DNA from: Pseudomonadota bacterium
Lineage (GTDB): Bacteria; Pseudomonadota; Alphaproteobacteria; Rhizobiales; JAKSCL01
Assembly: GCA_039026395.1 (NCBI GenBank)
Contig: JBCCMK010000003.1
Coordinates: 23,899 to 87,898 of the forward strand
Reading direction: 5' to 3'
Length of the DNA stretch: 64,000 nt
Under the pieces are notes generated by a model. It saw nothing but the letters and a program-made list of their open reading frames with translations. It was not told the DNA's origin and ran no database searches. Both the position numbers and the translations under genes were made by a program. Positions 19,474-28,222 of the stretch are shown here, piece after piece. Within the stretch, counting starts at the first letter, position 1. Every line of letters begins with the position of its first letter.

Positions 19474-19494
19474 AACATTTGTTTGTCCAATGTT
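19474..19494. promoter_or_regulatory. LTTR-type box (interrupted dyad containing T-N11-A)
   Basis: AACATT-tgtttgtcc-AATGTT lies in the 152-nt divergent region between LysR paralog 1 and DUF1127 gene 1. Confidence 0.4.
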
Positions 19495-19595
19495 ACATCT
19501 CAGCCTATCTCTCTGGTCATCGCAAGCAGCGATCGTAATCGAAAACGCATAAGCCATTGGAATAGAACGGTTTATGTCATGAGGAGAATTGTGCC

Positions 19596-19892
19596 ATGTC
19601 CGATTTTGCTTATCACGCATCCGCCCGTGCGAGCGCACTGTCCGGTATCATTGGTTGGGTCGCGCGCGGGATCGAGAGCGTCATTTCCTTTGTGAACGCG
19701 AGTGCGGAGCGCCAGGAAAGCGTCCAGCACGTGCAAGCGCTGCTCAAACTCAAAGACTGGCAGTTGGACGATATGGGGCTATCACGTGCCGATGTTCACA
19801 ATGCCCTTGATGCGCATGATCCGCGTATCGCGCTCCAGGGCATCCGCTCGGCCAATAGTGCCCGGACGTTCAGGGCTTTGCGGCGGCGGTAA
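19596..19892 (+). CDS. DUF1127 domain-containing protein (98 aa)
   Basis: DUF1127 core LLKLKDWQLDDMGLSRADV and an Arg-rich C-terminus. The RBS GAGGAG lies upstream. The gene is divergent from a LysR gene. Confidence 0.7.
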   Translation: MSDFAYHASARASALSGIIGWVARGIESVISFVNASAERQESVQHVQALLKLKDWQLDDMGLSRADVHNALDAHDPRIALQGIRSANSARTFRALRRR

Positions 19893-19946
19893 GATTTTGA
19901 GGTCCAGGCACTCCACGGCCCGGGCCTCAACTTCGCTTGCCGGTCG

Positions 19947-20828
19947 CTATTCAGCAGCGTCGAGGGTCACGCGCCCATTGAGGCTCTGAATAATGTGGTC
20001 GGCAAGCGTCACGACCAATTTTGATTCCCGGGCATAGTCGCGAAGAAGCGCGATCTTGCAGCTCGGCAGAAGCGGGAAACCATCGGACGGGCCGAGCACC
20101 TTCATATCCGCGCGGATCGCGCTTTCAGGCAGGACCGAGACGGCGAGCCCGGCTGAAACAGCGGCGGCGACCGCCATCGAATTCCAGCTTGAATAAAGGA
20201 CGCGATAGGACCGTCCGAGTTCGTTCAGGCCTCTCTCTGCGGCCTGGCGCCAGGCACACGTCGGGCGACCGAGCGCGAGCGGTATCGGGTCCTGGCGAAG
20301 TGGGCATGTGCAGCGGTGAGACGCGACCCAGTGGAGGGGTTCCTTTCGGATAACTTCAACCGGTCCTTTGCCGTCGACATGCGTGATGATTGCAAGGTCC
20401 AAATCATGATTGCGGATCCGCTCCGCAAGTGTCGGCGTCGGTTCGCAGACCACCGTCACTTCCACCTTTGGGTAAGAGCGGGCAAACAGAGCCAGGATCT
20501 CGGGTAGAAAACGATCAGCGAAATCATCGGGTGTCCCCAACCGGACGTGCCCATCAAGCCCGTCGTCTGAAAGTGACGCCAGCGCCTCAGCGTTTAGCGA
20601 CAGTATCTGCCGCGCATAGTCGGCAAGACGCTCGCCCTTGTCAGACAGGCGTACCGCGCGGCCTTCTCGCGTAAACAGCGATGCGCCGACGCGGTCTTCA
20701 AGACGCTTCATCTGCATGGATACGGCTGACTGCGTCTTATGCACGACCTCGGCAGCACGGGTGAAAGACCCTGTCTCAGCGATCGCGATGAAGGTTCGGA
20801 GTTGGTCGGAATCGAGCGGCGAGGGCAT
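19947..20828 (-). CDS. LysR family transcriptional regulator (paralog 2)
   Basis: wHTH LRTFIAIAETGSFTRAAEVVHKTQSAVSMQMKRLE. It aligns along its full length with paralog 1, and both end in AAE. Confidence 0.9.
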   Translation of the reverse strand: MPSPLDSDQLRTFIAIAETGSFTRAAEVVHKTQSAVSMQMKRLEDRVGASLFTREGRAVRLSDKGERLADYARQILSLNAEALASLSDDGLDGHVRLGTPDDFADRFLPEILALFARSYPKVEVTVVCEPTPTLAERIRNHDLDLAIITHVDGKGPVEVIRKEPLHWVASHRCTCPLRQDPIPLALGRPTCAWRQAAERGLNELGRSYRVLYSSWNSMAVAAAVSAGLAVSVLPESAIRADMKVLGPSDGFPLLPSCKIALLRDYARESKLVVTLADHIIQSLNGRVTLDAAE

Positions 20829-20863
20829 GATCTAATCCATCAACGTACGTGATGAATTAGATC
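20829..20863. promoter_or_regulatory. 35-bp near-perfect palindrome abutting the LysR paralog 2 start codon
   Basis: GATCTAAT-c-CATCA-acgtacg-TGATG-a-ATTAGATC has 13 of 14 arm positions complementary. The inner ATCA-N7-TGAT satisfies T-N11-A. Confidence 0.5.
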
Positions 20864-21052
20864 ATAAACATTCGTTAGACTGATTCAAGCGCTCCGCTTA
20901 TCTTTCAATCATCCAAGAGTATCGGATTTCCCATGCCGTCAGCGGCGCCGCAACCGGGTGCGGTGCGCAAACCCTTCCGCTCGTCCGAAAGCGGGTGGAT
21001 TGGCGGCCCACGCGCCCGAAGATTGCAGCGCCATCAGCGAAAGGATACGGCC

Positions 21053-21346
21053 ATGGCTTTTACATCTTCCAGCCTCGACGTCAGCCTGTCCACGGGGCAG
21101 TTCACGCTCGAGCGACTTCTCACTCCGTTCCGGTTTGTGTGGCAAGCCGTAAGCAATCGCCGCGCGATCCAAAACATTGCCGAGCTTGACGATCACATGC
21201 TCGCCGACATTGGGCTCAAACGCGAAGAGGTGATGCGAGCGCAGCGTCTGCCGCTTTGGGTCGATCCGGTCGACTCACTAAACCATGCGGCATGCACGCG
21301 TCGAAACGCTGAGCTTTGGGCGCGGAATTTCCGCATCCAGCGATAG
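21053..21346 (+). CDS. DUF1127 domain-containing protein (97 aa)
   Basis: DUF1127 core IAELDDHMLADIGLKREEV. The ATG at 21053 is preceded by AAGGA, so the ORF-track start at 20933 is probably a spurious extension. Confidence 0.7.
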   Translation: MAFTSSSLDVSLSTGQFTLERLLTPFRFVWQAVSNRRAIQNIAELDDHMLADIGLKREEVMRAQRLPLWVDPVDSLNHAACTRRNAELWARNFRIQR

Positions 21347-21475
21347 CGGTTCGAGCTGACAAATAGGAATACCCAAGCCAACTCTGGACGCTGATCGGTT
21401 AGCCCCCTCTAACGCGTCCACAAAAGGAGTTGGAACTCGGCGGTCCACCGGTTTCGGTGCGACCGCCTTTTTTGT
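21347..21475 (+). ncRNA. candidate structured 3' UTR or 3'-UTR-derived sRNA downstream of DUF1127 gene 2
   Basis: Hairpin GTTAG-CCCCCT-CTAAC (21398-21413) has a C-rich loop and is followed by a strong intrinsic terminator. No homology check was possible. Confidence 0.2.
21439..21475 (+). terminator. Rho-independent terminator
   Basis: GGCGGTCCACCG-gttt-CGGTGcGACCGCC forms a 12-bp stem with one bulge and is followed by TTTTTTGT. Confidence 0.75.
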
Positions 21476-21496
21476 CTTCGCGCCAGGGTCCTGACC

Positions 21497-22909
21497 CTAA
21501 ACTGAGGCGCTTTTACCCGAGGAAAGGGGCGAAGCGGCAGACCTCCAGACGGGAGCTGGTTTTTCAACGTCTGGCGGCGTGGCATTAACGCGATAGATAA
21601 AGCGCGAGCACATGACCCCAGCGAGCACACCAAAGACGGCCGCACCCATCGCTTGTCCGACCAAAATTCCGCCCGCACCACCGATTTGAGCGCCGAAATA
21701 GACAAATGGGATCGTGCCTATCGTGGCTTTGCCCCAGTTGAAAGCCGTGGAGTAGAGCGGTCGGCCGAGATTGTTGAAGGCGGCGTTCGACACGAAAAGC
21801 GCGCCGTTGAAGAGGAACGCGCCCGCAACGACCGTGCAAAAGAGGCCGACCATAGCCGCTGCTTCGCCCTCGACCTGAAACGCCGACGCAATGACATCCT
21901 GAAACAGAAAAAGCGCGGTCCAGACGACAATCACATAGGCCGAGCAGAAGATGAGCGAGGCGCGAAAAGTGTCTGCAACCCGGTCATAACGCTGCGCACC
22001 AAGATTTTGCCCAAAGATTGGGCCAACCGCACCGGAAAGCGCGAAGACAACGCCGAATGCGACAGGGATCAGTCGTCCGACGATAGCCCAGCCAGCAACA
22101 GCGCCGTCGCCAAAATTGGCAATTGCGCCGGTGACGTAAGCGTTGCCCGCTGGTGTCGCGAGATTGGTGGCAATTGCCGGTGCTGCGATCTTTGAGAGCG
22201 ATGGCAGGTGCCGGAAAAACTCGCCTGTTGAGGGACGCTCCAAAAGCTGGTGGACGCGAACGACGCCGTAATATCCGAGCACAACAAGCGTGAAGCGAGA
22301 CGCGACGGACGCATACGCCGCGCCATCGACGCCAAGATCGAGGCCGAAGATAAAAATTGGATCGAGGATCGCGTTCACTACGCCACCGGAGAGCGTCACA
22401 TACATGGCTCTTTTAGCGTCCCCGACGGCGCGAAGAAGCGCGCCGGAACACATCCCTAGACCGAGAAGCGGCGTCGCAACGACGACAATTTGAAGGTAGC
22501 TGAGAGCAAGGTCAAACGCCTCGCCTTTTGCCCCAAGGAGCGTCAAGAAACGGGGGAGGAGGGGGAGGGCGACGACCACAATGATGATGGTTGCGACCAA
22601 CATGAAGAGAAGCGACGTGGTCGCAATTGTCCCGGCCCGTTTTTCATCGCCTGCGCCGAGCGCACGGGACACAAGGGCGCCAGTCGCAATCGAAATCCCG
22701 ATGCAGATCGATGTCGCGAAAAAGAGGATCGTACCCGCATAGCCGATCGCAGCAGCAATCGCGACCTCGCCCAAAAGCGACAAGAAAAACATGTCAGCGA
22801 GATCAACGACAAATATCGCGACCAGCCCGATAGACCCCGTGAAGGTCATTACCGACACGTGTCGCATGATGGACCCTGAGACGAACTTTGGTGGTGTGCT
22901 GGTCGCCAT
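21497..22909 (-). CDS. MATE family efflux transporter
   Basis: 470 aa with about 12 TM helices and a MATE-like N-terminus (MRHVSVMTFTGSIGLVAIFVVDLADMFFLSLLGE). Confidence 0.85.
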   Translation of the reverse strand: MATSTPPKFVSGSIMRHVSVMTFTGSIGLVAIFVVDLADMFFLSLLGEVAIAAAIGYAGTILFFATSICIGISIATGALVSRALGAGDEKRAGTIATTSLLFMLVATIIIVVVALPLLPRFLTLLGAKGEAFDLALSYLQIVVVATPLLGLGMCSGALLRAVGDAKRAMYVTLSGGVVNAILDPIFIFGLDLGVDGAAYASVASRFTLVVLGYYGVVRVHQLLERPSTGEFFRHLPSLSKIAAPAIATNLATPAGNAYVTGAIANFGDGAVAGWAIVGRLIPVAFGVVFALSGAVGPIFGQNLGAQRYDRVADTFRASLIFCSAYVIVVWTALFLFQDVIASAFQVEGEAAAMVGLFCTVVAGAFLFNGALFVSNAAFNNLGRPLYSTAFNWGKATIGTIPFVYFGAQIGGAGGILVGQAMGAAVFGVLAGVMCSRFIYRVNATPPDVEKPAPVWRSAASPLSSGKSASV

Positions 22910-22917
22910 TCAATGTC

Positions 22918-24759
22918 TCAAGCGGCGGGTTCTGACTGGTCCGGTGATGCCGCGATATCAGCTGTTTCTTCCGACAGGGCTTTCGCTTCCCGTGCGGGTC
23001 GCGTGAGTGGTTCGGGCGTCATTTTGCGGTGGAGCACATCGATCCCGGCGTACATCCCGTCAGCCTGTTGCAGTGAAAGCCGCTCGATGTCGCGTTTGCG
23101 GACGTCTTCGGAAACTTCTTTTGCACGTACTGGTGTGACGCCGAGCGCCACGAGCGTTTCCTCGCCGAAGATCATGGCGGACTCAAACGTCTCTCGGATT
23201 TCGAAATCGACGCCTTTACTCATCAACTCGAGGGTATGTGTTCTGTCGAATGACCGCACAAATAATCGCGATGTCGGTGCCTCGACCTTCAGAATATCAA
23301 CGATATCGTTCGCGATTTGAGGGCTGTGTACGCATATGCAAACGACTTCCGCGTCGCCCGCCCCCGCCATGCGCAAGACGTCGAGGCGGGTCCCGTCGCC
23401 GTAGTAGATTTTGAACCCGAATTTAGAAGCGTTTCGGATGCGCTCGGCATCATTGTCGATGATGGTGACGTTTACGCCTTCGGCCAAAAGGTGCTGGGCT
23501 GCGATTTGGCCGAAGCGCGAAAAGCCGATCATCAAAACGTTGGCGCCCGCGTCTTCAAAGTCCTCTTCAATGTCCTCCTCTGACCCAGCGTCGCGTTCGA
23601 AATATTTCGAAATCGCGACTGAGAGCGGGGTGAGCGCCATCGAGAAGGTGATAATGGCTGTGAGGATCGAGGCGGTGGAGTCTGAGATGAGTGCCACGCC
23701 GGCCGCTTGGGTGAAGAGGACGAAGCCGAACTCACCTGCCTGCGGCAAGAGTGTAGCGCCGCGCACGGACGGGTTATGCGGATTTCCAAAGAGCCGCATC
23801 AAGGCGTAGATCGCGATTGCTTTCCCGATCAGAAGAAACGGCGTCAGAAGGAGGATCGGTAGCCAGTTTGCAAGGACCACGTCGAGATCGAGCGAGAGGC
23901 CGACAGCCATGAAAAAGAGGCCGAGAAGAAGCCCGCGAAACGGTTCGATATCGGCTTCTAGCTCGTGTCGATAGCTCGATTCGGCGAGCAACACTCCCGC
24001 CAGGAAGGCACCCATGGCCATGGAGAGGCCAGCCACCTGCATGATCATGGCGGACCCAAGAACGATGAGGAGCGCCGCGCCGGTCATGATCTCGCGGGCG
24101 TTGGAGCGCGCCAGGATGCCGAAGAACGGATTGAGCAGATAACGACCGGAAAGCACCACGATTGCAACGGCGCCGATCATTATCGCGATTTGGGTGAAGT
24201 CGATGTTCATTTCGCCCTGGGAGAGGGCGCCCGGCGCGAGAACTGAGATCAGTGCAATTAGGGGCACGATCGCGAGATCTTGGAAGAGAAGGATCGAGAA
24301 GCCTTTTTGACCGTGCACCGTCGATCGCTCGCCGCGTTCTTCGAGAATTTGAAGTCCGAACGCGGTTGAAGAAAGAGCGAGGCCGAACCCGATGACGATC
24401 GCGGCGGACATGTTCTGGCCGAGTACAAGAACGCAAGGGAGCGCGATCAGGAGACCTGAGATGATGACCTGTGCTGCGCCGAGGCCGAAAATGTCTCGTC
24501 GCATGGCCCAGAGGCGAGAGGGTTTTAGCTCAAGCCCAATGACGAAAAGAAGGAGAACGACGCCGAGTTCTGCGAAGTGCAGAATATCCTCGCCGCCTGA
24601 AATCACGCCCGCTATCGGCCCGAGGATAACACCGGCGACAAGATAAGCCAGAACCGAGCCAAGCCCGAGCCGCTTGAAGATCGGAACCAGAACGACGGCA
24701 GCGGCTAATAAAATAACGGCGTAGGCCGTGAACCCCAGTTCGGAACCGTGTGCATCCAT
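22918..24759 (-). CDS. CPA2 family monovalent cation:proton antiporter with C-terminal TrkA-N (KTN) domain (KefB/KefC-like K+ efflux)
   Basis: Na+/H+ exchanger membrane domain plus the Rossmann segment VLMIGFSRFGQIAAQHLL. The ATG at 24759 (MDAHGSELGFTAYAVILLAAA) is preferred to 24912. Confidence 0.85.
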   Translation of the reverse strand: MDAHGSELGFTAYAVILLAAAVVLVPIFKRLGLGSVLAYLVAGVILGPIAGVISGGEDILHFAELGVVLLLFVIGLELKPSRLWAMRRDIFGLGAAQVIISGLLIALPCVLVLGQNMSAAIVIGFGLALSSTAFGLQILEERGERSTVHGQKGFSILLFQDLAIVPLIALISVLAPGALSQGEMNIDFTQIAIMIGAVAIVVLSGRYLLNPFFGILARSNAREIMTGAALLIVLGSAMIMQVAGLSMAMGAFLAGVLLAESSYRHELEADIEPFRGLLLGLFFMAVGLSLDLDVVLANWLPILLLTPFLLIGKAIAIYALMRLFGNPHNPSVRGATLLPQAGEFGFVLFTQAAGVALISDSTASILTAIITFSMALTPLSVAISKYFERDAGSEEDIEEDFEDAGANVLMIGFSRFGQIAAQHLLAEGVNVTIIDNDAERIRNASKFGFKIYYGDGTRLDVLRMAGAGDAEVVCICVHSPQIANDIVDILKVEAPTSRLFVRSFDRTHTLELMSKGVDFEIRETFESAMIFGEETLVALGVTPVRAKEVSEDVRKRDIERLSLQQADGMYAGIDVLHRKMTPEPLTRPAREAKALSEETADIAASPDQSEPAA

Positions 24760-25191
24760 ACCGGCGAAAGACCTGCCACCCTCAGAAAACGTCACACCGA
24801 TCTGGGACGAATTTGCAAACGGTGGCAAGTCTAATTCGAGTGTGATGAGTCGGCGATGTCTCTCAACCGCGCTCCAGGGCTCATGAAGAATTCGCCTGAA
24901 ATTTGCGCACATCGTTCAAATGAAATCTGCACGTATTCGTATTCAGCCCAATACTTCTGACGTGAGGTGAAAAAGGTTACGTCAACGGAATATTAGGCCT
25001 CTTTATTCATCCTTTTGATAGCTGGAGCGGTTAAAAGACTAAAAAAATCAGCATTCTACCTGCACTTGACAGCAAATGACCTATTGTCGGATGGATGCGA
25101 CAATATGGATGTCAATCCGTATCGAAAGCGGAGGCCTTCGTACTATCTACGGTTGAAGCGCATATTCACAGAAGCGTTACGGGGAACTTTT

Positions 25192-25740
25192 ATGAGCGCT
25201 TATTCCATTGCGGCGGCAAAGCCGGGTGATGTCAAAACCATCTTGGCGTTCTTAAAGGACGCCTACTCTGCGTGGTATGAATCACAATACCCTCGCGAGT
25301 TCATCGAAGAGTTTGTCCCACCACTCGTCTTGCACAACGCAATGACTGATTCCTTGGGGCCGAGCTTCAATGTCGTGCGATCACGCGACGACATCGTTGG
25401 CTGTGGGGGCTGGAGCTTTGAAGATTCGTTGGCAACACCTATTGATGCTCGTGTCGGCCATATTCGGTTCTTCGCAACATCGCCTGAGCATACGCGGCGC
25501 GGAATTGCGCGTATGATATTTGAAAAAGTCGTTGAGGAAGCTGAGCGGCATGCGGTCTCGACGCTCAAATGCTTGGCGACCTTGCCAGCGAGCAGGAGTT
25601 ACCAGGCGCTTGGATTTCGCCGGGTTGGAGCCATGAACTTTAGACTGGGATCAGGCGCTGCATTCCCGCTCGCACGGATGGAATTCGCCTGCGCTCAATC
25701 ATGCCGCCGTGCCGCCAACGGTCAAGGCATCGATCCGTAG
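25192..25740 (+). CDS. GNAT family N-acetyltransferase
   Basis: Acetyl-CoA motif A region HIRFFATSPEHTRRGIARMIFEKV. The ATG at 25192 is preferred. The 3' end overlaps tldD by 42 nt, and G+C is lower than in the flanking genes. Confidence 0.7.
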   Translation: MSAYSIAAAKPGDVKTILAFLKDAYSAWYESQYPREFIEEFVPPLVLHNAMTDSLGPSFNVVRSRDDIVGCGGWSFEDSLATPIDARVGHIRFFATSPEHTRRGIARMIFEKVVEEAERHAVSTLKCLATLPASRSYQALGFRRVGAMNFRLGSGAAFPLARMEFACAQSCRRAANGQGIDP

Positions 25741-27120
25741 CGTGGGTTGACCGACGCCGACCGGTACCCACTGACCGTTCTTGCCGCAGGTGCCCATGCC
25801 GGAATCGAGTTCCATATCGTTTCCGACCATCTTCACTCGGGTGAGCGCGTCCGGCCCGCTGCCAATTAACATCGCGCCTTTCACCGGGTAGACCGGCTTT
25901 CCGTTTTCGACCTTGTAGGCTTCGGTGCATTCGAAAACGAACTTGCCGGATGTGATATCCACCTGACCACCTGCAAATGAGACCGCATAAAGCCCGTCTT
26001 TTACAGATTCGAGAATTTCGGACGGATCCGTGTCGCCGCCACGCATGATTGTGTTTGTCATTCGGGGCATCGGAAGATGGGCGTAGGACTGGCGGCGGCC
26101 GTTACCGGTCGGATCAACACCCATCAGCCGCGCGTTTTGGCGGTCCTGCATAAAGCCGACGAGGATGCCATCCTCGATGAGTGTTGCTGCTCCCGACGGT
26201 GTTCCTTCATCGTCAATGGTGATGGATCCGCGGCGGTCTTGGTAGGTGCCATCGTCGACGACGGTAACGCCGGGGGCCGCGACCCGCTCACCGACGAGAC
26301 CGGCAAACGCTGATGTACCTTTTCGGTTGAAGTCGCCTTCGAGCCCGTGCCCGACCGCTTCATGGAGCAGAATGCCCGGCCAGCCGGGCCCTAGAACCAC
26401 ATCAAGCGCGCCAGCGGGCGCCGGCTGGGCTTCCAGATTAACGAGCGCCTGTCTCAAAGCCTCATCTGCGGTCGCTTGCCAGGCATCCGGTGCGATATAC
26501 TGACCGTAACCGCGCCGTCCACCGCCACCCGACGAGCCGCTTTCGCGACGACCATCTTTCTCGGCAATGACAGATATGTTCAGCCGCACCAAAGGGCGGA
26601 CATCTTGAACGAGCCGCCCGTCGGGTCTCAGAATTTCGACAATCTGATATTGGCCAGAAAGTGAGACGCTGACCTGTTGGACGAGGTCATTCTTGTCGCG
26701 CAGATAAGCGTCGATATCTTGAAGCAGGGTGACTTTTTCAGCGAAATCCGGGGCTTCCAGAGGATTCTCGTCGCCGTACCGCAAGCTGTTGGTTAGTCTC
26801 GGAGTTTCTGCATATGTGCCGCCCGCACCCCGCAAAGACGACGAGACCGCATTTGCAGCGCGCTTGATTGCGGCTTCCGATATTTCAGAGGCGTGGGCAA
26901 AGCTCGACAATTCACCGGATACGCCCCTCAGCCCAAACCCTTGGCTTGTATCCATATTGGCGGTCTTCAGTTTTCCGTCATCGAAGACCAACGCTTCGGA
27001 TTGCCGATATTCGAGGAACAATTCCCCGTCGTCGGCGCCGGACAGGGCGTCCGCGGTGATTTGCCGTGCGCGTTCCGCGTCGAGGCCTACTCGATCGAGG
27101 AGGGAATGGGTGTTCGACAT
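25699..27120 (-). CDS. tldD: metalloprotease TldD
   Basis: HEAVGHGLEGDF zinc motif, and the sequence is collinear with E. coli TldD from MSNTHSLLDRVGL to the LTVGGTA C-terminus. Confidence 0.95.
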   Translation of the reverse strand: MSNTHSLLDRVGLDAERARQITADALSGADDGELFLEYRQSEALVFDDGKLKTANMDTSQGFGLRGVSGELSSFAHASEISEAAIKRAANAVSSSLRGAGGTYAETPRLTNSLRYGDENPLEAPDFAEKVTLLQDIDAYLRDKNDLVQQVSVSLSGQYQIVEILRPDGRLVQDVRPLVRLNISVIAEKDGRRESGSSGGGGRRGYGQYIAPDAWQATADEALRQALVNLEAQPAPAGALDVVLGPGWPGILLHEAVGHGLEGDFNRKGTSAFAGLVGERVAAPGVTVVDDGTYQDRRGSITIDDEGTPSGAATLIEDGILVGFMQDRQNARLMGVDPTGNGRRQSYAHLPMPRMTNTIMRGGDTDPSEILESVKDGLYAVSFAGGQVDITSGKFVFECTEAYKVENGKPVYPVKGAMLIGSGPDALTRVKMVGNDMELDSGMGTCGKNGQWVPVGVGQPTLRIDALTVGGTAA

Positions 27121-27191
27121 GATTTGACCTCTTAAAGCCGTCTTACTTGCTGCAGATGCACGCGATTGGCGAACCGTCAAGGATACGATAC

Positions 27192-27710
27192 TCAAACAGT
27201 GGAGTAATCGCGTGAGCCTGCGCCACGCGCGGCGGCTGCATCAAAGTCGCCTCTAGTGAGGGCGTAGGCCCGCATTTGTTCGCCTTCAGGATCTGTGGAC
27301 CCGCCTTTTAAGATTGCGCGATAGGCGTCGCGCGCTCGCAAATTCGTCTCTAACCCGAGCCACCAAAGATGAGTGGCGCCGCGTGCCTTCGCGATTGCGG
27401 AAAATCGATCAATGAGCTGGCGTCCGATGCCCTGACGTTGGTAGTCACTGGCGACGATCAAATCATGGAGGTAGGCACCAGGTTCAAGGTGCTCCATCGT
27501 CACGCAGTCATGCCCCAAAACATAACCCACTAGTTCGCCCCGATGGTCTGCCACGGCGCCAAAAACACGGTCCTCGCCTAGCATTGCGGAAAGAGTGTCT
27601 GATGACTTCTTGACCGGATCGTTCCCGGTGATGGCGTTTAGCGCGTTTAAGAGTGGCAGGATGCCCGGTGCATCGTCCGGCCGCGCGGGCCGGATCGCCA
27701 CTTCGGTCAT
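27192..27710 (-). CDS. GNAT family N-acetyltransferase
   Basis: IRPARPDDAPGILPLL N-terminus and the motif A segment YQRQGIGRQLIDRF. The ATG at 27710 overlaps the upstream stop (ATGA). Confidence 0.75.
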   Translation of the reverse strand: MTEVAIRPARPDDAPGILPLLNALNAITGNDPVKKSSDTLSAMLGEDRVFGAVADHRGELVGYVLGHDCVTMEHLEPGAYLHDLIVASDYQRQGIGRQLIDRFSAIAKARGATHLWWLGLETNLRARDAYRAILKGGSTDPEGEQMRAYALTRGDFDAAAARGAGSRDYSTV

Positions 27711-28222
27711 GGAAGCGCGGCGTAACCGTCGCCAAAACCGACAAGTGAGACGGGGATACCAATGCCGGCTTCCGGCGTTTGAAAAATGATAAATGTCGCG
27801 TCCTGCCCCCCGGATAACTGCCCGATGAGCGCTTCTTGGAGGATGACTTCCGCCACGCAACCGTTTGGCAAGCAACGCACGAACCCAGCGCGCCCTACAT
27901 CCGTATCATCGATACGAAGCCCGAGACCCGACGGTAAAAGTACGCCGAGGGGCGCCAAAACCCGCATGATCTGGCTCTCACCGTCGGCAGTTTTGAGAAT
28001 AATGACGGTCAGCCCGACATTGTCGCGATCTTCTGCCGTTACACTCTGGATGAGCGCACACTGCTCAGACGACGCGCCGGGCGGTGTTTCGCAGCGCATC
28101 TGCCAATCGCCATGCTGTGAGCGAAGCGCACCCTGGGCACTTGCGTCCGCCACACCAAAAAACGATCCAACCATTGCGACAAGGAGTACGCGACAAAGCG
28201 GGTGAGTGAGGCGATGGAGCAT
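27707..28222 (-). CDS. invasion-associated locus B (IalB) family periplasmic protein
   Basis: Signal peptide, then HGDWQMRCE...EQCALIQSV and CLPNGCVAEV, the Cys pattern typical of the IalB family. Confidence 0.7.
   Translation of the reverse strand: MLHRLTHPLCRVLLVAMVGSFFGVADASAQGALRSQHGDWQMRCETPPGASSEQCALIQSVTAEDRDNVGLTVIILKTADGESQIMRVLAPLGVLLPSGLGLRIDDTDVGRAGFVRCLPNGCVAEVILQEALIGQLSGGQDATFIIFQTPEAGIGIPVSLVGFGDGYAALP

Noticed and set aside
21347-21362. A GGTTCGAGC, tRNA T-loop-like string just after DUF1127 gene 2. A similar GGGTTCGATTG occurs near 2715-2730.
   Set aside because: There is no complementary acceptor or T-stem, anticodon arm or CCA context around either site. No tRNA cloverleaf can be drawn.
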